Part shown: positions 46,797 to 55,823 of the stretch, one piece after another | How the letters are laid out: every line of letters begins with the position of its first letter | Numbering within the stretch: the stretch's first letter is position 1 | IMG/VR virus record: IMGVR_UViG_3300020049_013434 | Span: 1 to 64,000 of that record | Direction: 5' to 3' (one strand) | Length of the DNA: 64,000 nucleotides | Source: a virus | Lineage: Duplodnaviria > Caudoviricetes | Translations under genes and position numbers: made by a program | The notes under the pieces: generated by a model | Told to the model about the DNA's origin: nothing | Databases searched by the model: none | The model's input: the letters and a program-made list of their open reading frames with translations, nothing else

Positions 46797-46819
46797 TTTA
46801 AGAGGATAAAGGGATAAAG

Positions 46820-47311
46820 CTAGTTACGGCGAATGGTCACGTACAAGACGACACCTGCCGCCGTGTGGGTCGGTGTGCCACGGGTAACAGCCGCCACGAA
46901 GATCGACTTCGATCCGCTGGCAGCGGAGACAGGCAGGTTCAGGTCGTTGAGGTTCGCCATGCGGGCGCCGCCAAAGTCGATTTGCTTGGCAGCCGGCACA
47001 TTGACGATGCCCAGGATCTGAGCGGCGTTCGTGTCGGTGATAGCCGGCGCAGCGTTCTCGGTGCCGAGGGCGACGTTGGTCTTCAGGAAAACCAAGTCAA
47101 TCTCAACACCCTGATCGTCCTTGTCGAGCACGTTGATACTTTGGATCTCTCCGGTGCCGCCAGGCGTAAACATGGCGTCGGCAATCTCCTGGGTATCAGC
47201 CAGCACGTCGCCGCTGGTGTAGGCACTGGTATCCAGACTGAGGGTGACGGTCTTAACGACCACGTCCTCGTTGAGCACGGGGCTCAGTGTTCGTCGGTTA
47301 TATACTGGCAT
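46820..47311 (-). CDS. putative capsid decoration protein
   Basis: beta-rich, 163 aa, directly after the major capsid gene. Confidence 0.5.
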   Translation of the reverse strand: MPVYNRRTLSPVLNEDVVVKTVTLSLDTSAYTSGDVLADTQEIADAMFTPGGTGEIQSINVLDKDDQGVEIDLVFLKTNVALGTENAAPAITDTNAAQILGIVNVPAAKQIDFGGARMANLNDLNLPVSAASGSKSIFVAAVTRGTPTHTAAGVVLYVTIRRN

Positions 47312-47313
47312 GG

Positions 47314-48930
47314 TTAGGCTCCAATCACGCCGCCGTTAGGGGCGAGCGCCGCGTTCTTCACGAGCTGACCAGTCAAGGTGCCGTCGCCTTCTTTCCACAA
47401 TTCACGTACCGACCCGGATAGGATCGTCACGCAAACGTTTTCAATGCGACCAGCCAAGTGCGGCGCCTTAAAGATCAGGCGGGGCTCAACCTTGGTCTGC
47501 ACCTCGAAGCACCAGCGCTCCATGGTAAAGGCGTGGTGGTAACGACCACCGTCAGTCCAGCCCAAGGCGTCGGTGAAGCTGCCAGGCAGCGCACTCAACT
47601 CTTGGTCAATCTTGCTGTAGTCAATGTGCTCGAAGTACAACACCGGTTGTCCAGCCGCCGTGAAGGGGATAAAGAAGATATCGCCCGTGTAGCTGTTGGC
47701 GCCGCTGTCGTAGGTATAGGGCAAGTTGTCGTCCGTGTAAATCGGGTAGGTACGACCGTTCAAGGTGATCGCCCGACTGTTGCGCAGTTGCTCGCGCATG
47801 GACAAGGTGAACAAGTCGCCACCAGGGCTGTTGAGCACAATGCTGGTTTGGGTAGCCGCCGTATTGAGCGGCAAGCCACAGCCGAGCCCAGCCATTTCGC
47901 AGGGCAAGTGCTTGGTGATTTCGTCCCAGTGCGTACTTGGCATGAAGATGCCCCATTCGACCGGGAGTAAGCGCAAGCGCCGTGCGCGTTCGTGCAGCAC
48001 CATTTCCATCTCTTCCAGGTACTCGTAGAGGCTGACGCCGGCGCCGACACAATTGCTACCGAAGTCCATGATCAGGCTATTCAGAGCCGTGGCGCGGGCA
48101 GCCGTCGTCATGACATCGACCGTAATCGGGCTGGAGACGGTGCCGTAGCTGTCGGAGATTAAGCGCAGCAAGCCATGGAATTCCTTATAGGCGTCGCCGT
48201 CGTTGTTCGCCGGGTCACCGGTCCAAACCTTCTCCATGAACCACAATTGCATGCGACGCCCAATGTTCCAGAGCTGGCGGGCAACAGCCGACTGAACCAC
48301 GATATCGCGGTCAGCGCGGGCGTCTTCCCACGGTGCATTGAAGGCGTTGCCGCCCAAGCTCAGGTCGCCGACAAAGTAAAAGTCGTCGTACTGACGGGCG
48401 CAGGCGCGGCGCACGAGCTCGTTTACTTCCAATGTCTTACCCCGGCGACAAATGCGACCGTAGGGATAGGAGAACTTCAGGAAGTCATGCTCGTCGTCGA
48501 CAACCAAACAAGGCTCACAAGCAGTGTCCGGCTCTTCACCGCCGCTAGCGTCAAAGACACCGTGGGCGGTCATGAAGCCGAACTTCTGCTCCAGGTTGTT
48601 GTTCGGGAACACCGGGATCATGTTGACAATGCTATCTTCCGGCTGGATGATCAAGCTCATCAACTGTGCGTCAAGTTCGCAGTCCTGGAAGAACGCCTGT
48701 TCGTACATGGGACGGTGCAGCGTGGTTGAAGCAAGCGTGCCAAGGGTGTGCTTTGTCCGCACGCCGTTATTTCGGGTGCCGGAGCTCTTGCGCTTCTTGC
48801 TCTTGCTTGACTCCGCCACTTCACCGGACAGGATGTATTCTTCGAGGAGGGCAATCTGCGCCTCGACGACTTCCTGCATCATGTTGCGGTGCTTGGCGGT
48901 CGCCTGGCGTTTCTTACTCTTCGTCTTCAT
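47314..48930 (-). CDS. major capsid protein
   Basis: follows the prohead protease; size fits; KVWTGDPAN..EFHGLL resembles the HK97-fold GxG..xGL motif. Confidence 0.65.
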   Translation of the reverse strand: MKTKSKKRQATAKHRNMMQEVVEAQIALLEEYILSGEVAESSKSKKRKSSGTRNNGVRTKHTLGTLASTTLHRPMYEQAFFQDCELDAQLMSLIIQPEDSIVNMIPVFPNNNLEQKFGFMTAHGVFDASGGEEPDTACEPCLVVDDEHDFLKFSYPYGRICRRGKTLEVNELVRRACARQYDDFYFVGDLSLGGNAFNAPWEDARADRDIVVQSAVARQLWNIGRRMQLWFMEKVWTGDPANNDGDAYKEFHGLLRLISDSYGTVSSPITVDVMTTAARATALNSLIMDFGSNCVGAGVSLYEYLEEMEMVLHERARRLRLLPVEWGIFMPSTHWDEITKHLPCEMAGLGCGLPLNTAATQTSIVLNSPGGDLFTLSMREQLRNSRAITLNGRTYPIYTDDNLPYTYDSGANSYTGDIFFIPFTAAGQPVLYFEHIDYSKIDQELSALPGSFTDALGWTDGGRYHHAFTMERWCFEVQTKVEPRLIFKAPHLAGRIENVCVTILSGSVRELWKEGDGTLTGQLVKNAALAPNGGVIGA

Positions 48931-50044
48931 TGTTTAGCCCTCCGAAAATACCAGCGAGCATGTGACTGCCCTGCTTGCGTGTCTTTGCCTCAGCCGGACC
49001 CTTGAGTTTTTTCTTGTCCGTGGTGTCCAGCTCAGTGTCGTCCTGTCCAATGACAGAGGCAGGCATGAAGTTAGCAAAGATAGAGCGCGGCGCGGCGGAA
49101 GCCTTCTGGGCTACCTTGTCCTCGTCGTCCACTTCGATCTCTTCGATCGTGCCTTCCAATTCGTCGATTCGCTCAGCCTGTTCTTCGACCAAGCCCTTGA
49201 GCGCTTTAATGTCGCCGCCCAAGGTTTCCTGTAGGCGCTGTAGGGCGCCCAGCAGGTCATTCTGCAGCGCCTCGAAGGCTGCCAAGGTCACATTGCCGGT
49301 CGCCACGGCTTCCGTCTTTGGCTCTTCCTTGACTTCTTCCTTCTTGGCTAACCGCTCGGCTACGTCTGACTGAACAGACGACTTTAGCCCCTTCGTGTCG
49401 ATACCGACACGATCAAGGACTTCTGCGAAGTCACGCGACTTCGACTCGAACTCCTTGACGTAGTCTTCGCCGTGCATAGCCACGAGGGCTGCACGTTGTG
49501 CGTCTGATAGATACATGTGTTTCGTTAGCTCCTTCTCGATCAGCTCGAAGCTGGTCCATTGATTTGCCGCCATCTCCAATGGCAAGATAGAGATCTCGTA
49601 GGTGATATACTCCTGAATGAGACCTTCGTCCGCGTCGTACTTCAGCACAAAAAAGCCGTGACTGAGTCCTGGTTCGTAGATAGAGACAAACCGTTTGACG
49701 CCAAGCGCCTCCTCTGGCGTTAGCTTGAACTCCGCAAAGGCGAAGTTGCCGTCAAAGCCCCACCAGTGCGCAATGTTCTTGCGTTGCGTACCGGGCAAGT
49801 GCAATGACCAGAGTTCGGGCGCTTTGTTGGGGTTGTCGTCGAGCCAGCGCATGTAGCGCTCATGGGCCTCCCGCGTCACAATCTCCCCACCTTTTGGGTG
49901 AGCAAACGTGTCGCGGTCGCGCCAGCGATTCGAGTATTGGCACATCAAGAGATAGTTGCCATCGGCTGCCTTGCGCATTGACAAGCAGTCCTTTTGGAAG
50001 CCAAGGTCTATCTCAAGATTACTGAAGAAGCTACCGACTGACAT
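48914..50044 (-). CDS. prohead protease with C-terminal scaffold
   Basis: RDRD..GEIV, LWSLH, GLSHGF, YEISILP..AAN; coiled-coil C-terminus. Confidence 0.8.
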   Translation of the reverse strand: MSVGSFFSNLEIDLGFQKDCLSMRKAADGNYLLMCQYSNRWRDRDTFAHPKGGEIVTREAHERYMRWLDDNPNKAPELWSLHLPGTQRKNIAHWWGFDGNFAFAEFKLTPEEALGVKRFVSIYEPGLSHGFFVLKYDADEGLIQEYITYEISILPLEMAANQWTSFELIEKELTKHMYLSDAQRAALVAMHGEDYVKEFESKSRDFAEVLDRVGIDTKGLKSSVQSDVAERLAKKEEVKEEPKTEAVATGNVTLAAFEALQNDLLGALQRLQETLGGDIKALKGLVEEQAERIDELEGTIEEIEVDDEDKVAQKASAAPRSIFANFMPASVIGQDDTELDTTDKKKLKGPAEAKTRKQGSHMLAGIFGGLNNEDEE

Positions 50045-50048
50045 TAAA

Positions 50049-50119
50049 TCCCCCTCCTATATATTGAAAGCATAGCAGGAGGGGGAATCTATTGATATCC
50101 CTTAGAATTCGGGGTTTTT
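50049..50119 (-). promoter_or_regulatory. late promoter element, copy 2, with anti-SD hairpin
   Basis: same 24-mer (50119-50096), 21 nt, TATGCT (50074-50069); TCCCCCTCCT / AGGAGGGGGA inverted repeat. Confidence 0.7.
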
Positions 50120-50341
50120 TCGGAGCAGATTGACTGAGGACGTGTTAATGTGACCGTCGATAAGCAGCGACACAACCGCTGAGGTCCGATTAGGCGTTCT
50201 GGTCTTCTCCATGATCCTCGCGACGTATTCCTGCGCTGTGCGGGCGGTTATGGTCAACTCCCTGGCAATCTGTACGTCGCTGTAGCCGGCAGCGACTAGC
50301 AGGGAGACTTCCATCTCCCGTTTACTCAAGAGATTCGACAT
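50102..50341 (-). CDS. LuxR/GerE-family HTH regulator
   Basis: LSKREMEV..LVAAGYSDVQIARELTITARTAQEYVARIMEK. Confidence 0.85.
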   Translation of the reverse strand: MSNLLSKREMEVSLLVAAGYSDVQIARELTITARTAQEYVARIMEKTRTPNRTSAVVSLLIDGHINTSSVNLLRKNPEF

Positions 50342-52937
50342 GGGCAGCTCCGTTCACTGAAAACGTAACCGGCTGGATATTCTTGCGCGCATACTGATCG
50401 TCGAGAAAGTCTTGTGCTTCCCGCAGAATCTTCTTCTCTTCCTCGGTCTGGGCAGCGTTAGGCTGGTTGGTGGAGCCGACGATATCCGGCGTCGCCTGCG
50501 CCATCTGCTCCTCCATTTTCGCCTCTTGCTCTTCGTGGTGCTTGACCAGATAGGCGTACTGGGCTTCGTTAATGTCGCCGGCATCAAGCATGGTCTGGAA
50601 GGCGACTACGGCATTAATCTGCTTGGACTCAAGGCGAATCTGCAGCTCTTCTGCGCGCAGCTTGCGTAGCTCGCCCTTAATGCGATCCTGCTCGTCGTCC
50701 TGCTGATCAAAGGAGGGTAGACAGGACATGGGCACCCACTTCTCGCCCAGCTCCGTCGTTAGGCTCTCTACCCACACGCCAGGCGTCTTGCGCATGGTCT
50801 TAAGGTGACTCACTTCGGCGTCTGCCCTGGTGGCGCCACGCACGGTCGCCGGCCACAACTCACGTGGGTCAAAGCCGTAGCCCATGGCGACAATGTTAAT
50901 GCCAATGTTGACGCTGGTCTCCTCGTCGTACCCCTCCGGTAGACGCTTGAGAGGAATGCGTTCAATCGAGGCAGCCCGAATCAGCTCTGGTGCGCCACGG
51001 ATACCAATGTAGGCAAGCTTGGAGTGGCGGGTTAAGCCCTCGGCGTCCGCTTTGAGATCAGCCTTGGCGAAGGCGTCAGCTAGGTCGTCAACCGAGAAGC
51101 CACGCCCAAACACGATTTCGCTGACCGGTCGTGCGCCGAGCCATTCCTCTTTTAGTACGGAGATGTCGGTTAGGTGGAGGGCGTTGGAGATACAGCGGCT
51201 TACCGCCGAGACGCCAACGCCAAACATGTTGAAGCGCGGGCTTGGCATTTGCGAGGTAAAAAGAACACGCGTGCGGTGCAGCTTGTAGCGGTGATACTTG
51301 CCCTTCTTGTCGCGCGTCTCAAAGATCACGGGATACTCTGGATCGCCGGATCGAGTACAGTTGTGTACGATCATGTTGGCGGCAACAAAGTTGTGATTAT
51401 CCATGACATCAATACAGAATGATGCGGCTTGACCGCCGTTGTACACCTGTTCTACCGAGATCACCCTATCGTAGTAAATCGGTGACTTCTCTGGTTCCCA
51501 CAGGGAAGGGTCGTAGGCTGGCGCATTGTCCGGGAGTTTGTAGCGTAGGCATGGCGGAATATATGGACCAACCATAGCGGCAAGAGCGGCCATTCCGTCA
51601 GCGCTAATGCGAATCTGCGGATACGTCCTCCCGGTACGTTTGTCATGACTGTACACCGTCTTGCACCGAATCCCAGCGGAACACATGATATCGCACAGCC
51701 AGTCTACATCCTCTGGATCGAACGACATTGCTGCAATTTCTCCGCCTGGCCGTCCCCAGTTGTTCTGCTTCTTTATCATTCTACCGTCATCGGCGTACCA
51801 GGCAGCCAGCATTCTTGGGCCAAAGTGTGCTTCTACAAGCTGCCGATTGACGATTTTCTTTCCGTCTGGATACCACATTTCCCGCCAATCTCCCAGGCTG
51901 GGAGTATTGAGCGACTGGGTTCCAACGCACGTTTTATGTAGTCTTCGCGAGAAGGTGAAGTCGCGAAGATAGCGCTCCTTAATCGCCATCCACTCTTCCT
52001 GAACTCTTCCATGCATAAATTGCAAGCACGACTTTCCTGAGTTGTACTGACGACCAATGAAGGCGTCGCCAAGAACCGTACCAACCATGAGCTCTGCCTG
52101 CGACTTTGTAAAATCAGGAAATGGGGTCGCGATTCTGCTTTCGGTGGTTAAATCCTCTGCTCTAACCCATCCGCTTGTTGTTAACATTTCATGATCGTTG
52201 GTAACTGTGATGCCCTCCTGTCTACCATTCCCTCTGTACAGTGAATGGGCAAGATTTATTCTCAGCCACTTTCTGTCGCCAAGGCGCGACTCATGCCAGC
52301 CAACAACCGGCTTTGGCTCAAGGTTTCCGTCCGGGCCGAGCGACATTACGCTAACCTTCATCTGTCCGCGCACGATATCAATAATTGGAATTACTGACCC
52401 GTCTTCGAGCATCACTCTGGTTGTGCGATCGAGACACATTTGACTATCAAGGTGACGCAGTCCAAGCCCGTACAGGTAGGTCTTTGTGCCTGGCACCAGA
52501 GTTGGCTCAATCGGTCCAGAGGGGTCGCCGCCACCGATGATCTCGGCAAATGCGCCGTTGTCCTGCGTCTGCCAGTCGATAATGAAGGGCAGCATTTCGC
52601 GGGCAAAGGCGAGGCGAAGGAGAGCGCTCGACCAATAAGCTAAGTCACGATTACGCTTGTTCTCTTTATCGCGCGGCATGACGCCAACGGGAATCGAGAA
52701 GAGGCGGGACGAGGTCACGTTAGTGGTGGAGAGAAGAATGTCGCTGCGCAACAACGCCTCCCACAGAAATTTGTCGCGCTGCCTGCTCCACCACGGGTAG
52801 ACGCGCTCTGAAATAAAGATTGGGTTGACGCGGATGCCGGTAAGTTGCGGTTCTTCGATCGTCGGCTGCGGGGCAAGCCGCGACGTTGTGTCCACGGCAG
52901 CGACTAGGTCGCGCGTGTCCTCGTACTGAGACGCCAT
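50322..52937 (-). CDS. portal protein containing an intein
   Basis: upstream of protease and capsid; exteins total about 512 aa; DNGAFAEI, FGVGVSAV, GFDPRELW portal-like segments. Confidence 0.7.
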   Translation of the reverse strand: MASQYEDTRDLVAAVDTTSRLAPQPTIEEPQLTGIRVNPIFISERVYPWWSRQRDKFLWEALLRSDILLSTTNVTSSRLFSIPVGVMPRDKENKRNRDLAYWSSALLRLAFAREMLPFIIDWQTQDNGAFAEIIGGGDPSGPIEPTLVPGTKTYLYGLGLRHLDSQMCLDRTTRVMLEDGSVIPIIDIVRGQMKVSVMSLGPDGNLEPKPVVGWHESRLGDRKWLRINLAHSLYRGNGRQEGITVTNDHEMLTTSGWVRAEDLTTESRIATPFPDFTKSQAELMVGTVLGDAFIGRQYNSGKSCLQFMHGRVQEEWMAIKERYLRDFTFSRRLHKTCVGTQSLNTPSLGDWREMWYPDGKKIVNRQLVEAHFGPRMLAAWYADDGRMIKKQNNWGRPGGEIAAMSFDPEDVDWLCDIMCSAGIRCKTVYSHDKRTGRTYPQIRISADGMAALAAMVGPYIPPCLRYKLPDNAPAYDPSLWEPEKSPIYYDRVISVEQVYNGGQAASFCIDVMDNHNFVAANMIVHNCTRSGDPEYPVIFETRDKKGKYHRYKLHRTRVLFTSQMPSPRFNMFGVGVSAVSRCISNALHLTDISVLKEEWLGARPVSEIVFGRGFSVDDLADAFAKADLKADAEGLTRHSKLAYIGIRGAPELIRAASIERIPLKRLPEGYDEETSVNIGINIVAMGYGFDPRELWPATVRGATRADAEVSHLKTMRKTPGVWVESLTTELGEKWVPMSCLPSFDQQDDEQDRIKGELRKLRAEELQIRLESKQINAVVAFQTMLDAGDINEAQYAYLVKHHEEQEAKMEEQMAQATPDIVGSTNQPNAAQTEEEKKILREAQDFLDDQYARKNIQPVTFSVNGAAHVESLE
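51360..52436 (-). mobile_element. intein with LAGLIDADG homing endonuclease (359 aa)
   Basis: begins CLDRTT, block B TNDHEML, VGTVLGDA and AWYADDG, ends HNFVAANMIVHN with +1 Cys. Confidence 0.9.
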
Positions 52938-52982
52938 ATATGCATTCCCTTCACACCTACATTCTCACACTCTCACAGTAAG

Positions 52983-53011
52983 ATTGTAGGCTATAACCGA
53001 CAGAAAATCAA
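52983..53011 (-). promoter_or_regulatory. sigma70-type promoter upstream of the portal
   Basis: TTGATT-17 nt-TACAAT on the minus strand. Confidence 0.55.
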
Positions 53012-53021
53012 GTACTGTATA

Positions 53022-53546
53022 TTATGTCTCGCTACCAAGCACTTTTTTCTTCCAACGGTAGTAAGTTGCCCTATGAATACCGAGCAAAAATATTAGCCCA
53101 CGCTCGGTCACCTGACCACTTTCGACGTAGTGATAAGCGCGCAGAAAGCGCTCGCGACTCATTACCTTGGGTCGTCCGCCGAGCTTGCCATTCTCCTTCA
53201 ATTGATCGATAAAGTGCCGTTTCCGTTCAACACGCACGGACGCGGCAGCTTCATCGATACGCTTGAGGAAGTTCAGGGTATACTCGCGAAAAGGACCAGC
53301 CGTGTCCAGATTGCCGTCAAGTACACGAAGATTAGCCCGGCGCTTCTCTAGGACAAAGCGGATAAACTCGTAGAGCTTATCTTCCTGCATGTACAGGCGA
53401 TCGAGTGCAGTGACCACGACTGTATCGCCGGGGGACAGTCGATCACGCACGCGTTCCAAACTATCCTCGATAATGGTGCAGCCTTGGGCGCGCAATCGCT
53501 TGAACTGGCTGCCGTCCTTATCGTCTCGCAAGAGTCCAATGAGCAT
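53022..53546 (-). CDS. degenerate serine resolvase/invertase-family protein
   Basis: PGDTVVVTALDRL, NLDT, GKLGGRPK, HTH GIHRATYYRW; the catalytic YARVS is replaced by LLRDD. Confidence 0.75.
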   Translation of the reverse strand: MLIGLLRDDKDGSQFKRLRAQGCTIIEDSLERVRDRLSPGDTVVVTALDRLYMQEDKLYEFIRFVLEKRRANLRVLDGNLDTAGPFREYTLNFLKRIDEAAASVRVERKRHFIDQLKENGKLGGRPKVMSRERFLRAYHYVESGQVTERGLIFLLGIHRATYYRWKKKVLGSET

Positions 53547-53547
53547 G

Positions 53548-54381
53548 TTACCCCGTCCGAATGTCTGTGTACTCGTCCACTTGTGGCACCTCTTTGACCG
53601 CCTGCGCATAGGCTCGTCTTGGGTCGCCGTGTTCGTTCATACGGCGCCAGAAGGCGTAGGTGAAGTCGGCGGCGTCCTGCGTGTCAATGTCCTCCTTGAC
53701 GAAGACAACGCAAGCCAGCCCAGCCAGCTCATCGGCGACAGCAGAGGTCTGACAGGCAGCCAGGAAGATCACATCAACGCCGGTCACGTTCTCATTCCAC
53801 CAAGCCGGCTCTGCAATGCCGTCGACCAGGTGAACGCCTTCCTTGTTCGCGTGGGAGGAGACGTGCATCCACTTGTACATATTGTTGTCCTGGCGATGCC
53901 TGCGCAGCTCAGATACAATCTCTGCCTTCGTGGCGTTGACAGTACGCTTGAAACGCACGTTGGCACGGCGTAGCGCTCTTCGATCGAGCTCACACATGGC
54001 GGTGTCGCCACAGACGACGAGCAGGTCGTTACCGGAGGCTGATTCCTCCATGAGCCTGAGCGACGGACTATTCATACTCTTCTCAGCAATCACCTTCTCC
54101 AGATCGCGCACGCGAATGCCCTTGTTTTGTAGCTCTTCGATCAAAAAAGTTACCCTGCCCTCAAGGGCATGGATACGCTCGTCGTCGGCGCGCTTAATAC
54201 TCTCGTAGCGCTCTCTTTGCTCATCCATATCTTGCTTGAGCTCGGCGATCTTTTGCTCATGCACAAGCGACTGTTCGGACTCGCCGATACGATGACCGAG
54301 GCGGCTTTCGAGCCAGCGCAGCAAGGAAAAGCTTGCAACGACAATTGCGATTACAGTGACAACATCACTATTTAGGACCAT
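53548..54381 (-). CDS. membrane-anchored coiled-coil protein with CHAT (caspase-like) domain
   Basis: N-terminal TM, coiled coil, WMHVSSHA (His), IFLAACQT (Cys), AADFTYAFW. Confidence 0.7.
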   Translation of the reverse strand: MVLNSDVVTVIAIVVASFSLLRWLESRLGHRIGESEQSLVHEQKIAELKQDMDEQRERYESIKRADDERIHALEGRVTFLIEELQNKGIRVRDLEKVIAEKSMNSPSLRLMEESASGNDLLVVCGDTAMCELDRRALRRANVRFKRTVNATKAEIVSELRRHRQDNNMYKWMHVSSHANKEGVHLVDGIAEPAWWNENVTGVDVIFLAACQTSAVADELAGLACVVFVKEDIDTQDAADFTYAFWRRMNEHGDPRRAYAQAVKEVPQVDEYTDIRTG

Positions 54382-54772
54382 CTCGGTTCACCAGACGAAT
54401 ATAAGCTATTCCATGGATTGTTGCGACGTAGAAGTAGGTAAAGAATCCACTGGAGTACGGATTGGGCAGCCCAAGGCATAGCCCGACGCCCAACCAAATC
54501 AGAAAGAGGCTTCTTAGAACTCGCTTTCTCACTTTTCTGTACTCTTTATAGAGGCAAATTGCGAGAGCAAGTCCGTAGCTGGCAACGATACCACCCCATA
54601 CCCAGTATGGCGCAATCGCTGCCATGAGCTCATAGGCAGGACGATCATAGTCGACCATGCCAACGCAGAACCAAATTCCCCACAGGAATGCGAAGAGGGC
54701 AGAGACCCACTCTATTATACGGACCTCTGCGACGAACCAGCGATATGGCACTATTCTTCTCCCGGAAAACAA
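54368..54772 (-). CDS. 4-TM membrane protein
   Basis: four hydrophobic helices; overlaps the CHAT gene start. Confidence 0.6.
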   Translation of the reverse strand: MFSGRRIVPYRWFVAEVRIIEWVSALFAFLWGIWFCVGMVDYDRPAYELMAAIAPYWVWGGIVASYGLALAICLYKEYRKVRKRVLRSLFLIWLGVGLCLGLPNPYSSGFFTYFYVATIHGIAYIRLVNRDGPK

Positions 54773-54894
54773 AGCACGCCCAACCGAGGCGGTGTGGGCG
54801 TGACTACCTCATTGTACCATGAATGCAACCTTAAAGAAAGCTGTCGTTATATCTTTTTATCGTAATTGGCGCAAAGATCCTTCGGCTGTCCTCG

Positions 54895-54945
54895 AAAAAC
54901 CCCGAATTCTAAGGGATAGGAAGGCTCTTGTTCGACTGCTATGCT
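54895..54945 (+). promoter_or_regulatory. late promoter element, copy 3
   Basis: same 24-mer (54895-54918), 21 nt, TATGCT (54940-54945). Confidence 0.7.
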
Positions 54946-54983
54946 TGATCAAAGCGGAAATATTCTTAGTGCGAGGAGCATTC

Positions 54984-55610
54984 ATGATTGGTCAAGCACG
55001 CATGGGCGGCGTTTTACATGCCCGAAAAATCAAGCGACCTGTTGCGCCATTGTCCTGGCGCGTGCGCAACGCCCTGCGCTGGACTTATATCTGGGGCGTT
55101 ATCACAGTAGCGGCCGCCAAGCTGTTTACGAAGGTGACCGGCGTACCGACGATTACCAGTCAGTTGGCAGTCAAGGTCAATCGGGGTCAGGGCTGGGTGG
55201 ACTATGGTGTTGTCAGTCGACGCGTGGTGACAGACGCTGGGGTAGCATTCATAGTCGACGCTTGGCAGAATACTGTCGAGCTCGAAAATATGAAGTACCA
55301 CGGCGTCGGTACGGGAACGACAGCGGAGGCAGCGAATCAGACAGCGCTCATTACGGAGTCCACGACCGCGCTCGACCCCGACAGCACGCGCGCCACAGGG
55401 ACGCAGACGGAGCCGGCAACCCACCAGCTCAAGAGCGCCGGGACTGTTACCTTCGACGCTAGCGCCGCGATCACGGAGCATGGGCTTTTTTCCGCCTCCG
55501 CAACTGGGACGGGGGTTCTTTTTGATCGGAGTGTCTTTTCTGCGATCAACGTGGCTTCGGCCGACAGTATTTCCTTTGAATACACGGTCACTTTCACCTC
55601 TGGTGGATAG
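54984..55610 (+). CDS. virion structural protein (fibre/collar-like)
   Basis: ATG 54984 after GAGGAG; VVTDAG, GVGTGTTA, AITEHGLF, DRSVF motifs. Confidence 0.6.
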   Translation: MIGQARMGGVLHARKIKRPVAPLSWRVRNALRWTYIWGVITVAAAKLFTKVTGVPTITSQLAVKVNRGQGWVDYGVVSRRVVTDAGVAFIVDAWQNTVELENMKYHGVGTGTTAEAANQTALITESTTALDPDSTRATGTQTEPATHQLKSAGTVTFDASAAITEHGLFSASATGTGVLFDRSVFSAINVASADSISFEYTVTFTSGG

Positions 55611-55623
55611 GTGGTTATCCAAG

Positions 55624-55652
55624 TTGCAACGAACTGACTTGTGTGCTACAAT
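55624..55652 (+). promoter_or_regulatory. sigma70-type promoter
   Basis: TTGCAA-17 nt-TACAAT, extended TG. Confidence 0.6.
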
Positions 55653-55671
55653 TGTATCGGAGGTTAACGAT

Positions 55672-55752
55672 ATGATTAAGACATGCGAGAATTGCAATAA
55701 GGAATTTAAGGCGCGCCAAGAGTCAACAAGGTTCTGCAGTAGGTCAGCGTGA
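55672..55752 (+). pseudogene. truncated Zn-ribbon (HNH-associated type) gene remnant
   Basis: GGAGG RBS, MIKTCENCNKEF...FCSRSA then a stop where the 4th Cys is expected. Confidence 0.4.
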
Positions 55753-55823
55753 GACCGACAAGACGGACAGCACCTGTCAGCGGCAGAAGCAATTGTTAAC
55801 GTGTTCGAGGATAAGGTTCAGAG

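Noticed and set aside
50096-54922. The inverted copies of the 24-mer flanking the resolvase gene as an invertible segment (gix/hix-like)
   Set aside because: The resolvase lacks its catalytic Ser motif, there are three copies, and the fixed spacing to -10 boxes fits promoters better. It cannot be fully excluded without reads.
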